Below, in pieces: positions 12,175-24,699 of a DNA stretch of 64,000 nucleotides. The notes beneath the pieces were generated by a model. The model made no database searches and had not been told where the DNA came from. It saw only the letters and a list, made by a program, of their open reading frames with translations. Location: assembly GCF_036321535.1 (NCBI RefSeq), contig NC_087437.1, forward strand, positions 32,428,001-32,492,000. The letters are read 5' to 3'. How positions within the stretch are numbered: the stretch's first letter is position 1; each line of letters opens with the position of its first letter. The position numbers and the translations under genes are program-made. This stretch comes from Camelus dromedarius. Its lineage: Eukaryota.

Positions 12175-15100
12175 ATAGAAAAGAAGCAGGATGCTACAAA
12201 AATGAGAAACTTATAACTGGAAAGGAGATAACTGCCATGAATTATAAAAAGGATAAACACGAAAGTGTAAAAGAAGACATCTAAATCATTAAGAGTGAGA
12301 GAGGGAAGCAAAGAAAGCCACTGTGGAAAACAGTATGGCGATTCCTCAAAAGACTAAGAATAGACTTCCCATATGACCCAGGAACTCCGCTCCTGGGTAT
12401 ATATCCAGAAGGAACCCTACTTCAAAATGACACCTGCACCCCAATGTTCATAGCAGCACTATTTACAATAGCCAAGACATGGAAGCAGCCTAGATGTCCA
12501 TCAACAGATGAGTGGATAAAGAAGAGGTGGTATATTTATACAATGGAATACTACTCAGCCATAAAAACTGACAACATAACACCATTTGCAGCAACCTGGA
12601 TGTTCCTGGAGAATGTCATTCAAAGTGAAGTAAGCCAGAAAGAGAAAGAAAAATACCATATCAGATCGCTTATATGAGGAATCTAAAACAAACAAACAAA
12701 CAAAACAAATACAAAACAGAAACAGACTTATAGACATAGAATACAAACTAGTGGTTGCCAAGGGGGTGGGGGTTGGGAAGGGAGAGACTGGGATTTTAAA
12801 ATGCAGAATAGATAAACAAGATTATACTGTAAAGCACAGAGAAAAATATACAAGATCTTGTTGTAGCTCATAGCGAAAAAAATGCGACAATGAATATATA
12901 CATGTTCATGTATGACTGAAAAATTTTGCTCTACACTAGAATTTGACACAACATTGTAAAATAACTATTACTCAATAAAATACGTAAAAATAAATTAAAT
13001 AAATAAATAAAAGAGGTGAACATCAAAAAAAAAAAAAAAAAAAAAAAAGACTGGAATCTACCAGAAAAAAATCTTCCATTATTAAAGACATAAAGGAACC
13101 GCAATGAGACAGGTAGGAGGGTCAGACTCATGATAATCAAATCCTCCCTGGGTGGGTGACCCCCAAACTGGAAAATAACTATATTGGAGAGGTTCTCCCA
13201 CAGGACTGAGAGTTCTGATCCCCATGTCAGGCTCCAGCCTTAGAGCCTGGCACTGGGAAGATGAGCCCCCAAAGTATTTGGATTTTAAGGCCACTGGGGC
13301 TTAATTGCAGGAGCTCAATAAGACTGGGGGAAATAGAGACTTCACTCTTAAAAGATGCATGCAAAAATCTCATGCTCACTGGCACCAAGAGCCAAAGCAG
13401 TAATTTTGTAGGAGCCTGGGCCAGATCTACCTGCTGGCCTTGGAGGGTCTCCTGGGGACCCTCAGGGAGTGGCTGTGGCTTACCCTGGGGACACGCACAC
13501 GATGGGGGACATACTGGGGAGTATTTATCTGCATGAACTCTCTTGGAGGCTGACATCTTATTTGGGTCATTAGCACAAGACCTGGCCCCACCCAACAGCC
13601 TATAAAATCCAGTTTGGGACACCTCAGACCAAACAACTAACTAGATGGGGACACATTCACACCCATCAACAGACAGGTTGCCTAAAGACTTCCTGAGCCC
13701 ACAGCCACCTCTAGACATCCCCTAAACACAGCCCTGCCCACCAGAAAGCCAAGACCCAGCTCTATCCACTGGTGGGCAGGCACCAGCCCCTCCCACCAGG
13801 AAGCCTGCACCAGCCTCTAGACCAGCCTCACCCACCAGGAAGTAGACACCAAAAGCAAGGAAACCATTATCACTGTGAAATGAGTTCCCAAAGCAGGCCA
13901 GACACTACCTGGGACCAGCTGGCTCCTGACCCCTGGATGATGAGAGGGAAGAGCACTGCTGGGATGCGTAGGACATCTCAAAGGGCCTGTTCTCCAAGAT
14001 CAAGAAATTTAACTAGCCTACCACATACATAAAAATACAAATAGAAAATTAGACAAAATGAGGGAGCAAAGGAATATATTCCAGACAAAGGAACAAGATA
14101 AAATCCCAAAAGAACTGAGTGATGTGGAGATAGGCAATCTACCCAAGAAAGAATTCAGAACAATGATTGTAAAGATGATCAAAGAACTCAGGAGGAGAAT
14201 AGATGCACAGAGTGAGAAGTTAGTAGTTTTTAATGAAGAGTTAGAAAATATAAAGAACAACCAAAAAGAATTGAAGAATACAATAACTAAATGAAAAATA
14301 CACTCAAAGGAATCAGTAGTAGACTAATGAGGAATAATAACAGATCAGTGAGCTGTAAGACAGAGTAGTGGAAATCACTATCTCTGAACAGAAAAAAGAA
14401 AAAGAAAAAAAAAGAAATGAGTTTAAGAGAGTTTTGGGACAACATCAAGTACACTAATACTGGTGTTATAGGGGTCCCAGAGGAAGAAGAGAGAGAGAAG
14501 GGGCCTAAAATAATATTTGAAGAGATAACAGCTGAAGACTTTCTTAACCTGAGAAAGAAAATAGTCACCCAAGTCCAAAAAGCACACAGAGTCCCAAACA
14601 GGATTAACCCTAAGAGGAACACACCAAGACACATTGTAATTAAATGACAAAAATTAAAGATAAAGAGAGAATAATAAAAGCAACAAATGAAAAACAGCAA
14701 ATAATATATAGGGAATTCCCATAAGACTATCAGCTGATTTTTCAGCACATATATGACAAACCCACAACTAATATCATATTCAATGGTGAAAAACCAAAAA
14801 CATTTCCTCTAAGATCAGGAACAAGACAAGGACACCCATTCTAGCCACTTTTATTCAACATAGTTTGGAAAAAGAAATAGAAGGAATCCAAATTGTTAAA
14901 GAAGAAGTAAAACTGTGACTGATTTGCAGATGAAATACTACTACACATAGAAAATTCTAAAGACACTATCTGAAAACTACTAAAGGTCATCAATGAATTC
15001 AGTAAAGTTGCAGGATACAAAATTAATATGCAGAAATTTGTTGCATTTCTGTACACTAACAACAAAATATCAGAACAAGAATTAAGGAAACAGTCCCATT

Positions 15101-17594
15101 TACCATCACATCAAAAATAATAAAATATCTAAGAAAAAACCTACCTAAGGAGGCAAAAGACCTATACTCTGAAAACTGCAAAATGCTAATGAAAGAAACT
15201 GAAGATGACACAGATAGAAAAATATGCCATGTTCTTGGATTAGAAGAATCAATATTAGTAAAATGGCCATACTATCCAAGGCAATATACAGATTCAATGC
15301 AATGTCTATCAAATTACCAATGGAATTTTTTTCACAGAACTGGAACAAAAAATGTTAAAATTTGTATGGAAACACAAAAAACCTGAAATAACCAAAATAA
15401 TATCTAGAAAGAAGAACACAGCTGAAGGAATCACACCCCCTGACTTCAGACTATACTACAAAGCTACAGTAATCAAGAGTATAGTACTGGTCCAAAATCA
15501 AACACATAGATCAATGGAACAGGATAAAAAGTCCAGAAATAAACCCATGCCCATATGGTCAATTAATTTATGACAAAGGATGCAAGAATATACAATGGAG
15601 GAAAGACAGTCTCTTCAATAAGTGGTGCTGGGAAAACTGAACAGCTACATGTAAAAGACTGATATTAGAACATTCTCTAGCACCATATACAAAAATAACT
15701 CAAAATGGATTAAAGACCTAAATGTAAGACCAGATACTATGAAACTCCTAGAGGAAAGCATAGGCAGGACACTCTTTGACATATATCACAGCAATAATTT
15801 TTTTGGATCTGTCTCCTGGAGTAATGGAAACAAAAGTAAAAATAAACAACTGGGACCTAATTAAACTTAAAAGCTTTTGCACAGTAAAGGAAACCATAAA
15901 CAAAACAGAAGGACAACCTATGGAATGGGAGAAAATATTTGCAAGTGATGTGACCAACACGGGATTAATTTCCAAAATATACAAACAGCCCATACAGTTT
16001 AATACAAAATAAAATCCAATCAAAAAATGGGCAGAAGATCTAAACAGACATTTCTCCAAAGAAGACATACAGATGGCCAATAAGTACATGAAAAGATGCT
16101 CTACATTGTTAATTATTAGAAAAACACAAATCAAAACTACAAGGAGGTATTACCTCACACCAGTTAGAATGGCTGTCATCAAGAAGTCTACATACAAGAA
16201 ATGCTGGAGAGGGTGTGGAGAAAAGGGAACACTCCTACACTGCTGGCGAGAATACAAATTAGTGCAGCCACTATTGAGAACAATATGGAGTTTCCTTTAA
16301 AAAGCTAAAAATAGACTTACCATCTGATCCAGCAATCCCACCCCTAGGCATTTATCAGGAGAAAACTCTAACTCGAAAAGACACATGCACTCCAGTGTTT
16401 ACAGCAGCACTATTCACAGTAGGTAGATAGTGCTATTCACAGCACTACCCACAAGATGTGGATGCAACCTAAACGTCCATTGATAGATGAATGGATAAAG
16501 AAGCTGTGATATGTACATACAATGGAATACTACTCGGCCATAAAAAAGAATGAAATAATGCATTTCCAGTTGCATGGACAGACCTAGAGTTACCATACTA
16601 AGGAAGAAAGTCAGACAGAGAAAAACAAATATCATATGATATCACTTCTATATGGAATCTAAAAAAAAGACACAAATGAACTCATTTACAAAACAGAAAC
16701 ATACTCACAGATATAGAAAACAAACCTATGGTTATGAGGGGGAAAAGAGGGTGAGAAGGGATAAATTGGGAGTTTGGGATTAACATATACACAATACTAT
16801 ATATTAAATAGATAAAAAACAAGGACCTACCAAAAAAGAATATATATTTATACATACATATGTACATATATGTATAACTGAATCACTTTTGTACATCTGA
16901 AACTATAACACAACACTGTAAATCTACTATACTTTAATTTCAAAAATTTGAAAAAAAAAAACCTCTGATGAACTCTCTGTTGCCCTCAAAATAAAATAAA
17001 TTCTTAATCTAGATTTTAAATTCTCCATAATCTAGTCCCTCATCCAATGCGAGCACCAATATCATATACTCTCACCACAATAATATAACATCTGATGATT
17101 TTGAAGGTGTCTTCCCAAAGTACTTTTGGAAAAATGATCTCTTCTAATCTACCAAAAGCCCCAATAAAATAGGCAAGACAGGCATTATTATTTCTCTTTT
17201 TTCAGAAGATAAAATCAAGGCTCCAAGAAGCAGATTTAATCAGGTCTTTTAATTCTTAACTCAGTGTACCTTCGCATTGACTCACATCGTTTCATGTTTT
17301 CTTACGTAAGCGTGACATCAATCATTTATTTCATTTGTGTGTCTTATATTCTCTCCAAGTTGTGGGCTTCTAAAAGGAAGTGTCTGAAATTTTTTTCTGT
17401 AACTCCTCAGCACACAGCATGTGGCACTGCACTGTGCATCAAAAAGACACTCAATAAATGCTATTTGAATAAATATTCCAAACCATGTGATTCTGCTTAG
17501 GGATGTCACAGTCTTACTCCTTTGCTTAAAACTCGTTACACTCAGCTCTTCTGAATTTGAGTCTCTTAATCTATACGTGTGACCACAGCTGACA

Positions 17595-17990
17595 AGGTAT
17601 TCGTCATCTTGCTATGGCCAATCACTCTGATTTCATCCTTTCCCCTCCCACTTGCTCACCAGGCTCCAAACATCTGGCCTTCTTTCTGTTACTGAGGTTT
17701 GTTGAGCTCATTCCCACCTTGGAGCTTTTTTCTTTTTTTTTTTTTTTTGCAACATGTCTGAAACGACACCTTGGAGCTTTGCGTTAGCTGCTCCTTCTAG
17801 CAGGAATGCTGGGTGGCTGGCTCCTGCTCATCATTCAGGTCTTAGCACAAATGTTACCACCTCAGGAAGCCTTCCCTGATCATCCAACCTAGAGCTAGCC
17901 CCTAGTCATTCTCATCCTGATAAATTTTCTTTCCAGTACGTATCACAATGTGATTAACTATTTATGTGTTTCATTGTTTGTTTCCCACCA
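17595..17990 (+). mobile_element. LINE-2 (L2a-like) fragment interrupted by a short insertion
   Basis: 'gctcattcccaccttggagctttgc..gctgctccttc..ggctggctcctgctcatcattcaggtcttagcacaaatgttaccacctcaggaagccttccctgat'. Confidence 0.75.
17729..17766 (-). mobile_element. 38-bp orphan retroposed insert with poly(A) and 14-bp TSD
   Basis: CACCTTGGAGCTTT at 17715-17728 and 17767-17780 flanks a poly(T) run plus GCAACATGTCTGAAACGA. Confidence 0.85.
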
Positions 17991-20100
17991 GAAGGAATGA
18001 AGAGTGAATAAACCTCAATTTCATCTATAAAATCAAGGTGTTGGCATACATAATCTCTAAGTTCTCTCCCATGTTCTTTAGGGAATCAAAGCTCTTGTCT
18101 TTTCATAGAATCAGCCAAGGTTCCTTTAGTGGTTATCATTAGGTCATGTTTTATTTTTCTCTTGACTTTAGTTCTCTCACTGAAGAAACTCCCATGAGTA
18201 GAGGAACAATATTAAGAAAAGAACAAGGTCAAACAGTATCATTCAGGTAAAGAACACCTTGCTTCATGTTGTGACGCAGCTGCCGCTCCTGTCACAACTT
18301 TGTAACAGGCTGCAGTTCCTACAGTCACATTTGCTATCTACTTTTTGTTTTTTAATATGTTTGCATTATTCTCCCAATATACTCTCTTTTTTCCTATGGC
18401 CTTGATAGAAATATTCCTAAAGTGGTTATTATTTCTGAGATTTCCCCAAAGTAAAGAATATACTGACTGAGAAATTAGTTCTTATTGGTACATATATGAT
18501 GGAACAAGTCAGCAAGTGCCTTCAAAGGCTAGTGATCATAACAGCAGATGTTGTATGTGTTTGTGTATCATTCTCTTTATATGTTGGGCATCCAATTACT
18601 GCTAAATCACAGTTATTCATGGAAAATACTATTTTGCAGCTACTCTGAAAACAGTAGACATATAAGACACTGTAATAAAGACTGAAACTAGCCATTTTAA
18701 GTGTTTCCAAGCATCATAAAGAATCATCAACTGCTAACAGAGGTTCTAAATCACAATGATTGCTCACCTTTACCTGTGCTTGTCTCAGAAAAACAAAATC
18801 TGGATACTCCTTTGTCAAAAGTCTCCAGAAAATGCACTTTAAAATTTGTTCAAAACATACTAAATGTTTACCCATCATTTTAGCAACTTTAGATTTTCAG
18901 TGTTTTCTGATCTCATTGCAATGTACTTACATGAAGATAAATTGAACAGCCTTCCTTAAAACCTGACAAGGTTAGATGCCTTTATTGTTCACAATATGAA
19001 AAGATCAGAAAATGGAAGAAAGTCTCCTTAGAGGTTTCTTTGGCTTCATTTCAAATCGAGCTCTCAGTAGAAACTGCGGCCTTGCATGCATCACTTTTGT
19101 TTAGTTACATCATCAACTTCTGGTTTGCATTTTTGGCATGAAGATACCAACTGAATCAGACTATCACTTTCTGCCTTTGTCCACACATAGCGACCACTGA
19201 CATCTTAAGATTTTTATAGTTAATTAGCACTTCAAAGAACAAAGAAAAATAGAAACTGAGCTTAGATCAAAACGTAAGCGTTTATGGTGGCCACCTCTAG
19301 CATGGAGTGCTGGCATGCCTTGCCCCAGAGCAGCTGCGGTGGGGGAGGAAGGTACCTGAAGAGAGTCACCAAGGACAAAGGGTTCTCCTCCTGAGCTAGA
19401 CCCCCTCTCTTGGATTTCTGCTTAGCATCTGCTTAAACCTCAGTGATTTGATTACAAAGGTAAGATAAATTGGTCCCCAAGGACTACATCAATTAAACTA
19501 ATAACCTAGAATTTCAAGGACAAAAATTCCCAAGTCAAAAGATTCAGAAAAATGGAATATTTACAGGAAAACTGTGAAAACCTCTCTTCCAGCCATGAAC
19601 TTTATAAAATCAAGCCTCCTCAAATGTGTCAGATTTAATTGATAATCATAAAAAATGTTACAAACCGCATAATTATTAATCTTTTCTTCCTGATGGACAG
19701 AAGGAATAAAAAATTATCAAGTCAATTTCAAGCTAAGATGTAAACATCATAATTAGTTTTGCTCTAGGTCTTTTTATTTTTCATGAAAGATTCTCTATTG
19801 ATAGAAAAATAATTTACAAAAACAGAAGAAATATTTATTGCATCCTGCCTTATGGTCATTATTGATCATTTAATTTATAGCCTGAATAGATTATTTCTAC
19901 CTTTAAGAACATTTTAGGATCTGTTTTCAAATCTCAGTACTATATCTTATTTCATGTTATCTAAATATATAATCCAAAAAAAGGCTTAAATTATTCTCAA
20001 CACTTTAGAAAAGTAATCTTGTTTCTTAATCACATCTTTATCCTAGATATCAACATACTCTTCCTCCCATCATTATTTCACTCATTTAAAAATAAATGCA

Positions 20101-20475
20101 TAATAAGTCAGTCAGAAAAAGACAAAGATCATATGATATCACTTATATGTGGAATCTAAAAAAGAATGATACAATCTTATTTATTAACCAAAAATAGACT
20201 CACAGACATAGAAAATAAACTACGGTTACCAAGGGGGAAAGGGAAGAGGAGGGGTAAATTAGGAGTTTGGGTTTAACAGATACACATTACTATATATAAA
20301 ATAGATAAACAACAAGGACCTACTGCATAGCATAGGGAAATACATTCAATTTATTGTAATAACATAATAGAAAAGAATCTAAAAATATATATATAGGTAT
20401 AACTGAATGGCCTTGCTGTACACCTGAAACTAACATTGTAAATCAACTACATTTCAATTAAAAAAAAAAAAAAAA
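20101..20475 (+). mobile_element. 5'-truncated L1 (ORF2 last codons, 3' UTR, poly(A))
   Basis: 'aagtcagtcagaaaaagacaaagatcatatgatatcacttatatgtggaatctaa', then 3' UTR and an A16 tail at 20460-20475. Confidence 0.92.
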
Positions 20476-21489
20476 GCTGAGCACAGATAGCAACTACAGA
20501 AAGGGTAACCCAGAAAAAAATTTAAAAAATAAAATAAACATTTTTTGACTATCAAAAAATTATAAATAAAAAAATTTTAATGTGTGTTTCCGAGTGCTGC
20601 GACAAAAACTAAGGTACACATCTCCTACTTCCCCATTACTGCTAACTTAACTCGAGGAAAGGTCTCCTTATATAATATAGGAAATCACTTCAGCTCTGTT
20701 ATTTATTTAAAATAAAAATCAAATACTAAAAACTAAACATGAAAAAAGTCTCATTTGGTATTACAGATAGATAGTGTTTAAAAAGATGTGAGTAACAAAA
20801 AGACAATTTTACATTTATAAAGGAAAAATCCCCCAAAATGATTCAAAAGCAATGTTTAGCCTCCTATCTATTACACTCTAAACCCATAAAAGATAATTAG
20901 CCGTGTTTGTCCCCATTTTCCCCCCAAAAGCTATTTATTGTCTAGTACAAGTTAAAAACAGAGTTTTAAAAGCCAATATTCACAGTTATTTTACAATAGA
21001 AATACCAAAAGTAGAAGAGAAATGAGTTGCCCAGCTTATTTCTGCTGCAGTGGCCAAGCCTCAGCCAGAATTCTGGACTCCCCAGGACCACTGAGCATGA
21101 CCCCACAGGTAGTGGCCTGCTCATCTCCACCATGTACCATTTGTGTGGAATGCAGCATTCAGTGGCAGCCCTCAGCACTGGGCAGTGCACCACCAGCATA
21201 GCTGCACGTGGCCTGCTGCGTGCTGCACTGCTTCCAGTGGATCACACTGATGTTACTTCAGTCTGTATTCTCTAGCAAACATTTTCCAACCGTCCTTATT
21301 CCACTTGCACAGTCCTCCCTGGCATGTAACGTTTTTACTTCCTTTGTTACAAGAAGGTTCTGGATGTTTTTACTGACCTAAAACTATCAGTTTTATTCCA
21401 AAAAACAGCTATGTATAAGTCTACCAATTACATATCACAAATAAATTTCAGAGAGGATGTTATTTTTCCTCTTAGGCTATATGGCATAG

Positions 21490-21672
21490 AAAAAGAACAT
21501 GAGATTTAATGTCAAACAGATTTTCCTGGAAATGTGACCTTGGGCCATTTTCTTAACCTCTCAGAGCCTCAGTTCCTTCTTCTTAAGATGGAAGAGATAA
21601 AAATCACTTTCACATCTTCTTGTAAGGATGAAAATGATACATATCAAAGAGACTAGCACAGTACTTGGCATA
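21490..21672 (+). mobile_element. MIR SINE fragment
   Basis: 'tgtgaccttgggccattttcttaacctctcagagcctcagttccttc..agcacagtacttggcata'. Confidence 0.75.
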
Positions 21673-21885
21673 ATCTGTGGTATGTCTTAGCTTTATAATT
21701 TTTAGCAAGTGTCAACACTATTGTGGTATTGAGTTTTCAGACATTTTACTCATTTTTTCAATTCATGACACACTAGTGCTCATTCATGATAGGACACAGG
21801 AAATAATGAGATATTCTGAGACTTGGGCCTGGCCTCATCTCCCCACAATCAATGCCTCTTAGGAAGCCACTGTCTCTATGCCATG

Positions 21886-22268
21886 TGTTATGGACTGAAT
21901 GTTTGGGTCCCCCCAAAATTCAAATGTCGAAGCCCTAATCCCCAGTGTAATGGTCTTTGGAGATGGGGCCTTTGGGAGGTAATCAGGTTAGGTTAGGTCA
22001 TGAGGGTGGGGCCCTCACAGTGGCCTTATAAGAAGAGGAAGAGCTCTTTCCCTCTCTCCCTACACACTTACAAAAGGAAAGGCCATGTGCGTTCACAGCA
22101 AGAAGTGAGCTGTCTGCAGGCGAGGAAGGAAGCTCTCACCAGGAGCCAAACTGGTGGGCACATTGCTCTTGGGCTTACCAGCCTCCAGAACTATGAGAAA
22201 TAAACGTCTGCTGTTTAAGCTACCCAGTCTTTGGTATTTTGTTATGGCAGCCTGAGCTGACTAATACA
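21886..22268 (+). mobile_element. MaLR solo LTR (MLT1A-like)
   Basis: Starts TGTTATGGACTGAATG and ends GCAGCCTGAGCTGACTAATACA (TG..CA termini), with an internal AATAAA near 22199. 5-bp TSD CCATG/ACATG. Confidence 0.9.
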
Positions 22269-23199
22269 ACATGATTACAATCTGAGAGCACACTCTACTC
22301 TGCTGGGGAGCACTGAGTAGGTCTATGGCATTTTGATGCAGAACATTCAAGAAAACTATGTATCAGCAATAAGAGACCAATGCAGAAATTGATGGTGCAA
22401 GTTTGAAACTTGACAAGGCATTCCACACAGAATTTTAAATCTTCAAGTTCATTCTGCCCAAGGGGCTCACAGTTAGCAAATAAATGGCCTCAGTGTTTGC
22501 TTTTCCCTGGTTCAGTATAAATAGGCCCTTTTTCTGGATGAGCAGTAATTTCCCTGGGTAGAATAACATATTCAACCTTCTGAAGCATGCAAAATCTCTG
22601 CTTCACCTACAGGAAGAGCTGTGAATGATGAAGAAGGTGAGGGATCAGGCGGTTTCATACACATGTGTTTTTCCTATAAAGCAGCATATGTTTTTCAGGT
22701 TGATGTTGGCCAGATTAGATTGATCAGGTCTTTGCTTACTGAGAGTAAAAGAAATTTCTGGGCTATCTCAAAGTGAAGCGACAATCAGACAGGTGATAGC
22801 CCTGCACTGGAAGAATATTAACCATGTAGATATTTCTAGATAGACGATGGGGTGTGGGTGTATTTTTTCTGCCAGGATGGGAAGATGGCAAAGAAGATTG
22901 TTGGATGTGTGTGATCGTTTTGTATCCAGAAATGAGATACTAGTGCTATTCAAATAGGGATGGAAAATCTATCACTTCTGAGACAACTCCTTGAATGATT
23001 GCAGCCCTTTATTCTGAAATGAAGTGTCACAGATAATCACCCAAGCTTCCTTTCCTTTTTTCTGATGATGAGAAAGAAAGAGTAACTCTAGAGGTAACGG
23101 CCATGCAGGTGAGGTCAAATGTGGTGCTTCAAGCAGTTCCCCCAACTAAATATCGTGCCCTTTTCCTATGGGAAGCCACACCTCAAACAAACGGAGCCC

Positions 23200-23550
23200 C
23201 TCACCCCAACACTCTGCATTTCCCCACCTGCTTACCATGCCTTTGCTCCTGCCCTCCCTCCTACTTCCCCTCACTACCTGGTGAAACTCTACCACCTCCC
23301 AAGGCTCAGCTCAAATTCCATCTTCTCTGTGAAATTGCCAATGTCTCCCTTGCTAAAAGCAATACCTTCCCACCCTTAGCACCCAGAGGGCTTCATGTGT
23401 TTGCCTCCTACACTGGGCATATGCTTCCACATGCTTTGTTGTGTATTTCACCCCATCCTTCGCCTAAAACATCCTGGAGTCAGGAACTGTCTTAATCATC
23501 CCTTGGAGCACATCATAGTAGGAACTTTATAAATATTTATTGAGTGACTA
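23200..23550 (+). mobile_element. LINE-2 3' fragment
   Basis: 'ccatgcctttgctcctgc..caaggctcagctcaaattccatcttctctgtgaa..atagtaggaactttataaatatttattgagtgact'. Confidence 0.6.
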
Positions 23551-24699
23551 GTATGTCTTCTCTTAATTTTCTCTCTCAAATGATCAAAACTACAATCAAC
23601 TCAAACCATACAGAATTTAGGACCAGCTGCATCACACAGTTCCAAGGGGCGCCATTTTCATTGCCCACATGTAAATTGTCCCCTGAAGTCACGCAATATG
23701 GCTTCATCAGAGCATCAGCCCTTCCACGTGCACAAAGACTTGAAACACTTAGAATTTAGAACAAAGTTTGCTGCTAGGTGGGCATCTCAGTGCTTCCTGA
23801 CTATTCATCTGCAGGAATAAACACTGATATTGTTTAACATCTTTTCACATTGCTTTTACATGTGTGTCAGTATGAAGGCTTAGAGGGCGGAGGATTGAGG
23901 GGCTGACAGAATGGGAGGAAAGGTAAAGCAAGAACCAAACAAAAAGGGGCACATTTTTGAGAGGCCCATCAGAGAGATGAGCCAGAAGGTGTCAGCCCCC
24001 TTCTCTGTCTTGTCCAGGCCTTTGGGCTACACCGAGGGGACCTGTTTTCACTCTACAAGAAGGCTCTTTATTGGTCACAGCTGTACCTCATCCATAATGT
24101 ATTAGCCCGAAGAAGAGGCAGGAATCTAAACCCAGAAGCCGCTCCAAGAAATGACGAAAAACCATGTGAAACAGCATATTGCTATGATATGACTGTTTTC
24201 TTCAAATTTAATCAAGTTTATCCCAGGAGGACACCCCAAAAATTGTATCTTCAGAACTAAGGGCCTGGGATAGGGTGGGGGAAGGAAGGAAGCCAAGGGA
24301 AACAGTATTTATTGAGAGGGGTGGGGTGGGGATATGGAGTCTCGGCTCTCCAAATAAGACTGCAGGATGTAAAACATGAGCAGCCCAAGGCTCAAAGAAC
24401 TAAAAGGGCTTACCCACGTCACACAGCAGATCTAAGAAGATGACAGCCCAGGGCTCCTGCTTCCCCAGCCCAGTGTCTCACCACAACTTCCCAGTGTCAC
24501 ATGATTACCTTGAGGGGTTTACCCTGTCTCAATGCACTGCACCTTCTCAGGGCAAAATAAATACAATAGCCATGGCTTCTTCCTTGTGAACTTTGATCTA
24601 AAATAGTTAACTGCATTTATGCTGTTACAGGTTTTTGTGGGCTATTATTGTTAACACCTGTTTCAGATAACAATCATTAGAATCAGGGGTTTTACAGTT

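Larger units (their letters stand above)
9931..13042 (+). mobile_element. Young ORF1-only (half-L1-like, internally deleted) L1 with 12-bp TSD
   Basis: GC-rich 5' UTR 9931-11270, ORF1 11271-12174, spacer, junction near 12316 to the last ~370 nt of ORF2, then 3' UTR and poly(A). TSD AAAAAAGACTGG at 9919-9930 and 13043-13054. Confidence 0.95.
9613..16942 (+). mobile_element. Older L1 with 5' UTR, partial ORF1, internal deletion, ORF2 3' half and 3' UTR; hosts two nested insertions
   Basis: 5' end 9624-9675 is homologous to the young L1 start. The 5' UTR resumes at 13055. ORF1 remnants at 14058-14748 (MREQRNIFQTKEQDK; IGVPEEEEREKG; NPKRNTPRHIVIK), ORF2 remnants at 14749-16660, then 3' UTR and A-tail. 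Confidence 0.9.

Noticed and set aside
21150..21225. MER91-like mini hAT element (a similar one near 23620-23700)
   Set aside because: Too degenerate to support by eye.
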